Positions 10,476 through 17,583 of a DNA stretch of 64,000 bases are shown piece after piece. The stretch's first letter is position 1. The number at the start of each line of letters is the position of its first letter. The position numbers and the translations under genes were made by a program. The notes under the pieces were generated by a model. That model saw only the letters and a program-made list of their open reading frames with translations, was not told the origin of the DNA and did no database searches. This DNA comes from Spirochaetia bacterium (GTDB lineage Bacteria > Spirochaetota > Spirochaetia > CADAEX01): contig CAXXHA010000008.1 of NCBI GenBank assembly GCA_963662265.2, forward strand, positions 64,001-128,000. The letters run 5' to 3'.

Positions 10476-11576
10476 TTAAGCTGTTTCAAGACTGCATTCA
10501 TGCTCTGGAGGGGACTTATTTATTCTTAAATATTCTTTGATAATTTCCGGAATATCCTCATAACTGAACTGATACAGGACTTTCATTTCTGTATTACATT
10601 TCGGGCATTCTTCTTCATACTCTTCTGCTTTTTTTACTTCGAAGCCGAACTTTTCTTTCAGTTCAATTAGTTCTTCTTTATGCCGGTTTGAATAAAGTCC
10701 ATAGTTTCTCACAAGGACTATTCCTTTGGGGGGAATGTGATTAAAAAATCTTTCCATGAATACTTCATATCGTAAGCGGGTTATTTTCTTACCTGTCGGC
10801 TGATATATTATTTCTCTGTTTAACCTATCCCATTCTATTTCTTTTTCGGGATTTACAACTGTTCCGCAAGCTGATTTTGATAAATAGTTGACTATTGATT
10901 CTCCACTATTCTGATGAAAAGTAACATTCCAGCCCCACTCGTCTTTTGTAAAATTATCTATCATTCTATATCTTTTCTTTGCATCATTCGGCAGCTTTTT
11001 TAGAAATCCGCAGCTGAAACTTTTCTTTACTTCTTCCAGTATTTCGCTATAATTCATACTGAAATCATCTTCCCACTCGTGCTCATCATTCATTCCTCCT
11101 GGGGTAATAATACAATGCACATGCGGATGATAACTTAATCCTTCACCTACCGATTGAAAGACCATTGTCATTCCATATTGCAGTCCTTTTTTCTTTTGAT
11201 ATTTCTTAAAGGATTCATTTATAGAGTTGAACAAAGAACTTATGAATGCATGCTTATGATACATCCAGATCATTGTATACATATCAGGGGGCACTATTAC
11301 CAGATGATAATGGCCCATTTCAAGCAGCCGACATTTTATATTTTCCTTCCATTGCAGCTGGTTTTTCTTTCCGCAAACAGGACATCCTCTTTTATTGCAG
11401 GGGTTGTATAATACCATTTTTTCCTTACAATTCGGGCATTCAACAATTCGCCCTCCCATCTTTATTGTGCGGCAGTTTTTATATTTTTCGATTATGTTTC
11501 TGATATCCGACATTTCCGGTGATAATATTTCACCGGTTAATTCATCCAGTAATTCAACGAATTTTACATTTTCCAT
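10476..11576 (-). CDS. IS91/ISCR-like rolling-circle (HUH) transposase with N-terminal Zn-binding domain, carried as a cassette
   Basis: CPNC...CNKRGCPVC Zn domain, HYHLV, HPHVH HUH motif, NYLSK, VRNYGLYSN, C-terminal CPKC and SPP. Confidence 0.88.
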   Translation of the reverse strand: MENVKFVELLDELTGEILSPEMSDIRNIIEKYKNCRTIKMGGRIVECPNCKEKMVLYNPCNKRGCPVCGKKNQLQWKENIKCRLLEMGHYHLVIVPPDMYTMIWMYHKHAFISSLFNSINESFKKYQKKKGLQYGMTMVFQSVGEGLSYHPHVHCIITPGGMNDEHEWEDDFSMNYSEILEEVKKSFSCGFLKKLPNDAKKRYRMIDNFTKDEWGWNVTFHQNSGESIVNYLSKSACGTVVNPEKEIEWDRLNREIIYQPTGKKITRLRYEVFMERFFNHIPPKGIVLVRNYGLYSNRHKEELIELKEKFGFEVKKAEEYEEECPKCNTEMKVLYQFSYEDIPEIIKEYLRINKSPPEHECSLETA

Positions 11577-11650
11577 GCAGCTCTATACTGCATTTTTATT
11601 ATTTCTGCTTCAAAATTATGTAATTTTCTTCAAAAAAGCCCTGAAAGGGC

Positions 11651-11756
11651 GTGTAACGCCCAGTTGAGCTGTTTGACTGTCCCGGAGGGTTGGCGTGTAA
11701 ATTGCGTAAGCAATTTGCATGACAAAAGGCAAATCTGCTCAAACTGATTGTTACAT
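11651..11756 (-). repeat. attC site (106 bp)
   Basis: gtgtaac-gcccagttgag...ctcaaactgatt-gttacat. Confidence 0.9.
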
Positions 11757-11760
11757 GGAT

Positions 11761-12735
11761 TTATTCTCCTATTTCTATATCACTTTTTAATATTTCAATA
11801 TTTTCAATATTTTTATATCTTAAAAATGATTTAAGAGAATGTTCTGCTTTTTTTGAGTTTAATGAGTTACCATAAATTATTTGGTTTATTGGTAGAGGCA
11901 TTTTTGTCGCTTCTTTCTTATTTTCTTTATAAAATGCTAATTTTTGATATGGAATCAGTAAATTATTTTTTTCTCTATAATGTATTTCATTGTTCATTTT
12001 TTTGGGAAATGAAATAATTCTCCATTCCTTTTCTTCTTCGAATTCTTTCTTCTTTAATAATGGTAATATATATACTATTAAGTCTTTTAAATATTCAATA
12101 ATTATCCGAAATTTTAAATTTTCATCAGAAGTAATATTATTTTCAGGAAAATCATTATCTAATTCAATAACTGTATTTTTAAAAATTGTTCTTACAAAGT
12201 CTTTCTGACTTTTATAGTCATAAAGTACTGGTTTTGGTAATAAACATGGGTAAAATTTTGAATCATCTTTTATATCTTCCCAATAAGGTCCAATTATCAA
12301 TTCCTCTGTATTATTAATACTTATACAATATCCTTTTCCATTTTGACCATATTCTCTCCATTGTCCTAACAAATTATTATGTTCACAAAACGATGTTATA
12401 TATATTTCATTATCTAGAATATTATTATCTGTATATTCTTCTTCCATTATAATTAAAAACATGTTTATTGCTGTTTTTACTGTGCTATTTTCATCGAATT
12501 CATCTTCCAATATATCTTTTATAATTTTTAAACCATATTTAATTTCATTAGGATCATTTAAATAACTATAATGAGTAGCCCATAAAGTATTTTCTTCTAA
12601 AATTCCTTTTAATCCATATGCACTTGTATAATGATATAACTTAGTAATTTTATTATTTTTAAAATATTTATTTAATTCATCAGTTATATTATCTAAAAAA
12701 AATAAATATTCTTTTTTATTCTTTTCATTTTCCAC
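11761..12735 (-). CDS. DUF2971-domain protein
   Basis: LYHYTS..GL.GIL....LWAT...LNDPNE, SFC....L.QWREYG..G.G, K...F.EEKEWR. Confidence 0.85.
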   Translation of the reverse strand: MENEKNKKEYLFFLDNITDELNKYFKNNKITKLYHYTSAYGLKGILEENTLWATHYSYLNDPNEIKYGLKIIKDILEDEFDENSTVKTAINMFLIIMEEEYTDNNILDNEIYITSFCEHNNLLGQWREYGQNGKGYCISINNTEELIIGPYWEDIKDDSKFYPCLLPKPVLYDYKSQKDFVRTIFKNTVIELDNDFPENNITSDENLKFRIIIEYLKDLIVYILPLLKKKEFEEEKEWRIISFPKKMNNEIHYREKNNLLIPYQKLAFYKENKKEATKMPLPINQIIYGNSLNSKKAEHSLKSFLRYKNIENIEILKSDIEIGE

Positions 12736-12854
12736 ACTTTACTCCAATATATAGTTCCATTTTTTTAATGATCTTTTATTAGTTCATAAATATATTAAAA
12801 TATTACTTTATCATTATTAGCATAACTTTTACCAACTAGTTTTAAACATATTGC

Positions 12855-13046
12855 ATGTAACACCAAGTTGAGCTGCTCCGGTGGTTCCTGAGCGAAGCGA
12901 AGGATTGGCATGTGTTTTTGCATTCTTTTCTTTGCTGTAAAACAAATCTGGAAGTAGTAAATAACTGCTACAATTCTTTTATAATTCTACTTTTTTTCTG
13001 CAAAAACCATGACAAAACCGGGGTCTGCTCCAACTTTTTGTTATAT
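12855..13046 (-). repeat. attC site, long class (192 bp)
   Basis: atgtaac-accaagttgag...ctccaacttttt-gttatat; near-identical to 5494-5686. Confidence 0.88.
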
Positions 13047-13475
13047 TCTAAATCCTCGCAAGGTCAAATGGCAAGTTCTTTTTCCCCATTTTCCAACCCG
13101 AAGATAAACTGCAGATCTTCAATATTTCTATTCAGAACTGCCAGGCGATCATTTCGGCAGGGCTCACCGCCCAGACTTTTGCACCCAAATCGTTCGGCGA
13201 TCCTCGGAAATGATCAAGCCCGTAAATTCCTACCCTATATTGGACGGCATCGGCGCTGGCCATTTCGCCAAAAAGAAGATCAATAATCCAATTGCTTTTC
13301 GAAAATGAAGCAATATGTGCGAAATGCCCCCGCCCAAAATTTCTTTCCCTAAATTGGCAGGCTCTGGAGGATGGCGGGCCTCAATATGCTGCAAGCCATT
13401 TCCCAAAAAATCCTTAATTATTTAAGCGGTTACCAGTTTATTGGCAGTTTTTACGGTTTCCGCTAACTTGTGTGA
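13047..13475 (-). other. Gene-less cassette, family A (copy A1'), first cassette next to attI
   Basis: Near-duplicate of 5687-6115, including its attC. Confidence 0.8.
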
Positions 13476-13500
13476 ATATAACATTACATATTCAATACTT
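13476..13500 (-). other. attI recombination site (crossover G/TT at 13482/13481 on the minus strand)
   Basis: The last NNNTAAC core (atataac 13476-13482) is followed by non-attC sequence just upstream of intI. The outer boundary is approximate. Confidence 0.75.
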
Positions 13501-13641
13501 TTGTATAATATTTTACCCTATAAAGCCGTTTTTTAAAACTAAGTAAAAATAAACATAATCTGAATCAGAAATACTTAAAAACCTGTTTTAAAATATAAAA
13601 CTGTTGTTTTCCCCTCATAGAAAGAAAACAGGAGGTTTGGT

Positions 13642-14862
13642 ATGACATTAGAGGATTTTTTGATCAACAAAAGCAAAGTAAAAGAACAGCATGTTTTTTA
13701 CTACCTGAAATGGATTTCTGAATATCAGAGTTTCAAATTACATAATAGTGATTCAGATTTAAATGATTTTCTGTTAAATTTGAGCAAAAGATTTGAGTCC
13801 TGGCAGGTTAACCAGGCACAGAAAGCTGTAAACTTATACAAATATTACAACAATACTTATGCAGAAATTAAGCCTGAAATAATTCATCCACCCGATGACT
13901 GGGATAAAGCGATAACTAAAGCAAAAGAGCTATGCAGGTTTCAGTATAAATCGTTAAGCACTGAAAAATCCTATATTTACTGGATAAAATCATTTCAGAA
14001 ATACCTTTCTGGTAAGATTCCGGTTGATGTCAACGAATCAGATGTAAAAAATTTCCTGACATACCTTGCTGTTCAGAAAGGTATCGCCGATTCTACTCAG
14101 AAACAGGCTTTTATTGCACTGCTTTATCTGTTTAGAAATGTTTTAAACAAGGAAATATCAGACCTCAACAATGTTATTCGCTCATCGCAATATAAAAAAC
14201 TCCCCGTAGTTCTCTCAAAAGATGAAGTTGCCCTGGTTATCAGTAAAATGAAAGGAATATACAGAATAATGGCAGAAATTATCTACGGAGGCGGCTTGCG
14301 ACTTTCAGAATGCCTGTCACTGAGGATCAGGGATCTGGATTTTCAGAGGCAGTGTATAGTTGTGCATTCAGGAAAAGGAAACAAGGACAGACTTACTCTC
14401 CTTCCCGAATCTATTGTTCCTAAGTTGCAGAATCACCTGATCATTGTAAGAAAGAAGCATGATAAAGACAGGAGAGAAAAAGTTGAAGGTGTTCCACTTC
14501 CTGATGCGCTGGAAAAAAAGTACAAAAATGCCTGCCTTGAATGGGGCTGGTACTGGGTCTTTCCCTCTGATAAATTATCTTTCGACCCGAGAGAAAAAAT
14601 TATCAGAAGATATCATATATATCCGACAACGCTGCAGAAATCCTTTCATGATGCTGTTGTTCAGTCTGAAATAGCAAAAAATGCATCTATTCACACATTA
14701 CGCCATAGTTTTGCAACCCATTTAATAGAAAACGGTTATGATGTCAGGACAGTACAGGAGCTTCTGGGACATTCAGACATAAGAACAACAATGATTTATA
14801 CACACATTGCGCAAAAGAATAAACTGGGGGTTGTCAGTCCTTTCGATGATCTGAAATTGTAA
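13642..14862 (+). CDS. intI: Integron integrase (tyrosine recombinase, long N-terminus)
   Basis: GLRLSE, GKGNKDR, HTLRHSFATH, LGH and TTMIYTH, plus the integron-specific insert LPDALEKKY...WYWVFPS....DPR....RRYH; AGGAGG RBS. Confidence 0.97.
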   Translation: MTLEDFLINKSKVKEQHVFYYLKWISEYQSFKLHNSDSDLNDFLLNLSKRFESWQVNQAQKAVNLYKYYNNTYAEIKPEIIHPPDDWDKAITKAKELCRFQYKSLSTEKSYIYWIKSFQKYLSGKIPVDVNESDVKNFLTYLAVQKGIADSTQKQAFIALLYLFRNVLNKEISDLNNVIRSSQYKKLPVVLSKDEVALVISKMKGIYRIMAEIIYGGGLRLSECLSLRIRDLDFQRQCIVVHSGKGNKDRLTLLPESIVPKLQNHLIIVRKKHDKDRREKVEGVPLPDALEKKYKNACLEWGWYWVFPSDKLSFDPREKIIRRYHIYPTTLQKSFHDAVVQSEIAKNASIHTLRHSFATHLIENGYDVRTVQELLGHSDIRTTMIYTHIAQKNKLGVVSPFDDLKL

Positions 14863-14970
14863 GCCAGAAATTGAACAAAAAACAATTGAAAACTATTGTT
14901 CCATCATTTTAAGTGAAGATAAACATAAAACTGTTGTTTTGTAAGATATAATATCTACAGTGATATTTTC

Positions 14971-17523
14971 TCATTTTTTCATAAATTTCCTTACATCACC
15001 GGCACTTACAGCTTTAAACAAAGTTGATACACATTTCTCATTGCATTCTTTTGAAGAAATATTTCTAACAGCTTTTTTCACCAGCGGGATCTGAGAGGGA
15101 TTCATACTCAGGCTGTAGATACCTATTCCGATTAATAAAGTTGCGGCATCAGGATCTCCTCCCAGTTCTCCGCAGAGACTTACATCTATTCCCGCATTTT
15201 CTGCAGACAGTACTGTTTTCCTGACAGCACGTATGACAGCTGGATCATATGGATCTGAATAAGAAGCCAGGTTTTTGTTTCCTCTTTCAGCGGCAAGCAT
15301 GTACTGTGTAAGATCATTTGTTCCAATACTGAAAAAATCGCAGATACCTGCAAGTTCGGATGACATAAATACAGATGAGGGTGTTTCAATCATAATTCCT
15401 GTTTCAACCGGCCAGATATGTTTTATCCCTTCAGTCAGGAGGTCTTTATGTACTTCATTTATCAGATTATAGGCTTTTTCACATTCATCATATTGTGAAA
15501 TCATAGGTATCATTATTTTCAAATCGTTATCCAGACCTGCTCGGAGGATTGCCCTGATATGGGTTTTTAAAAGTTTTCTGTAACTTTCATAGATTCTTAC
15601 TCCCCTCATCCCAAGGAAAGGGTTGTCTTCATAAGGAAGTTTCATGTAGGGAATTACTTTATCCCCCCCTATGTCAAGAGTCCTGATTGTGACTGGTCTT
15701 CCTTCCATTATTTTAAAGACTGTAGAGAAAAAGCTGAACTGCTCATCTTCTGTCGGAGGTGAGTTTTTTTCAAGAAAAAGAAATTCTGTTCTTAAGACTC
15801 CAACTCCATCTGCTCCGTTTTTTACCGCTGCAGCTGCTTCTGAAACAGAGGCAATATTTGCATATATATTAATTCTCTTCCCGTCTTTTGTATAAGAAGG
15901 CTCGCGTTCTTCTCGAATAAGTTTTTCTCTTTCTGATATATAAGCCTCTTTTTTCCTTTTCAGTGTATCCAGTGTTTCATGATCAGGATTTACAAAAACA
16001 GATTCAGAATCCGCATCGAAGCAGATATAATCTTCTTCTGTTATTTCACTTAACTTTGAATATCCTCCCAACGCAGGGATTCCCAGTGATTTAATGAGTA
16101 TTGCAGCATGTGACGTAGCATCACTGTCAGACAGAATTATACCTTCTGTCTTTTCCGGATCCAGCTGCAGAATCTGTGACGGCGAAAGCCATTTTGCAGC
16201 AATGACTGCTCCAGAAGGTATTTCATGATATTCCTGCTGTCTGTTTCCTTTGAGAAATGAATAAACACGTGATGCGACATCTCTGACATCAGCAGCTCTG
16301 GCTTTCAGATATTCATCTTCAAGTCTTTCATACCTCTCAATAACATCATTTGCAGAAATACTCCAGGCAGATGATGCATTATAATTTTCATCACGTATTT
16401 TTCTTATACTTTCATCTTTCAAGTCAGGATCTTCAAGAAGAAAAAGATGTGTTTCTATGATCTGCATTTTATCTTCTTCAATATTATTTTTTCTTACAGT
16501 TTTTTTAATTTCAGCTTTTACACTATCCAGTGCAGAGTGAAGCTTTTCAACTTCTTCCTCGCTGTTATCCGCTTTTTCCGCTTTTTTCTCAAGGCTGATA
16601 CTGCCGGGAAACCAGACTTTTCCCAGTGCAATGCCTGAAGAAAGCTTTAAAAGACCTTTTCCGGTTCCTTTTAAAATTTGTTCTTCACGGCTTATACAGG
16701 TGTTATTGTCCGGAGTTATACTCTGAGCCTCACCAGTTCCTTCCCTGATTATTCCCATCTTCTCACCGAAATTTTCCCCGACAAGTAAGTCAAGCTCTCT
16801 GAAAAAAGCATTTGAAGATATTTCATCGCTAAATGCTTCAACAAGTATTTCGTCATTTTCTAGCACTTCAAGAGAAGAAAGACGGTTAAAACTACGCCCA
16901 TTTACAGGTCCCCTGTTTTTTGTCAGATTTGTAACTTTTACATTACTGCATCCTGAATCTGATACTGCTTTTATGAATTTCGCTGCAGGTCTTGCATGAA
17001 GTCCGTTTTCATTAACAATAGTATATTTTTTTGCAAATCCGGTTTCTTCAGATTTAAATATTGTTTTATCACCTGAAGACACAGTAGATTTACTATCTGC
17101 AGTTAATTCTGATTCCCCCCCCAGGTATTCAATTTTCTGATATAAGCTTTCTTCTGCTTCATTTATAGAATTTTTGATAGTAGCCCCGGCACCGCACTGT
17201 ACAGCTGCGCTGATAACCCCTTCGGCAAGAGGCGCCGATGAAATATGAATATTTGATGCTTTTTCAGGATCCATGAAATCGACTGCTGTTTCAGAACTTA
17301 TGAGTGCACTTCCCATATCTGCAAATATGACTACACCTTCTTCAGAATAAACAGATTCAACGGCATCCATTATATCTGTGGCATCTGTTCCATATTCATC
17401 ATCTTTACCTTCAAATCCCCCCGCATATGCAACAGGAATATTTTTCCCGCCCATTTCAATTGCAAGTTCAGCCAGGCTCTTTGCAAGGATTCTGCTGTGA
17501 GAGACAATAACAATACCGAACAT
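14971..17523 (-). CDS. dhaM: PTS-dependent dihydroxyacetone kinase phosphotransferase (DhaM EIIA + HPr + full enzyme I)
   Basis: GIVIVSHS (EIIA), GLHARPA (HPr), TSHAAIL, GVLRTEFLF and FFSIGTNDLTQY (EI). Confidence 0.9.
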   Translation of the reverse strand: MFGIVIVSHSRILAKSLAELAIEMGGKNIPVAYAGGFEGKDDEYGTDATDIMDAVESVYSEEGVVIFADMGSALISSETAVDFMDPEKASNIHISSAPLAEGVISAAVQCGAGATIKNSINEAEESLYQKIEYLGGESELTADSKSTVSSGDKTIFKSEETGFAKKYTIVNENGLHARPAAKFIKAVSDSGCSNVKVTNLTKNRGPVNGRSFNRLSSLEVLENDEILVEAFSDEISSNAFFRELDLLVGENFGEKMGIIREGTGEAQSITPDNNTCISREEQILKGTGKGLLKLSSGIALGKVWFPGSISLEKKAEKADNSEEEVEKLHSALDSVKAEIKKTVRKNNIEEDKMQIIETHLFLLEDPDLKDESIRKIRDENYNASSAWSISANDVIERYERLEDEYLKARAADVRDVASRVYSFLKGNRQQEYHEIPSGAVIAAKWLSPSQILQLDPEKTEGIILSDSDATSHAAILIKSLGIPALGGYSKLSEITEEDYICFDADSESVFVNPDHETLDTLKRKKEAYISEREKLIREEREPSYTKDGKRINIYANIASVSEAAAAVKNGADGVGVLRTEFLFLEKNSPPTEDEQFSFFSTVFKIMEGRPVTIRTLDIGGDKVIPYMKLPYEDNPFLGMRGVRIYESYRKLLKTHIRAILRAGLDNDLKIMIPMISQYDECEKAYNLINEVHKDLLTEGIKHIWPVETGIMIETPSSVFMSSELAGICDFFSIGTNDLTQYMLAAERGNKNLASYSDPYDPAVIRAVRKTVLSAENAGIDVSLCGELGGDPDAATLLIGIGIYSLSMNPSQIPLVKKAVRNISSKECNEKCVSTLFKAVSAGDVRKFMKK

Positions 17524-17583
17524 TCTTTTTTCCTCAATTTCTTTTTTAAAAATATTATCTGAACAAGAAATATATCCTAATTA

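Larger units (their letters stand above)
1..14862. mobile_element. Complete chromosomal integron (intI + attI + cassette array with 14 attC; array truncated at the left edge)
   Basis: Integron integrase is divergent from an array of minus-strand cassettes. The cassettes are separated by imperfect palindromes NNNTAAC..AGTTGAG...CTCCAACT...GTTANNN, and each complete cassette is bounded by reverse-complementary 7-mers. Confidence 0.97.

Noticed and set aside
993-13046. Recurring palindromic repeats as a CRISPR array or MITEs
   Set aside because: The repeats are 76-196 bp with attC R/L boxes, are separated by 350-1400 bp cassettes with matching cores, and lie next to intI. No cas genes and no target-site duplications.
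5549-13286. ORF-track ORFs over attC and gene-less cassettes (885-1112, 1982-2299, 5549-6058, 5649-5948, 7333-7641, 7881-8150, 8396-8812, 8452-8742, 9735-10214, 12912-13286)
   Set aside because: They cross recombination sites, lack an RBS and are not preserved in frame between homologous copies.
13483-13641. SOS (LexA) box and a defined Pc promoter at intI
   Set aside because: No CTGT-N8-ACAG match and no convincing -35/-10 pair could be assigned by eye in this AT-rich stretch.
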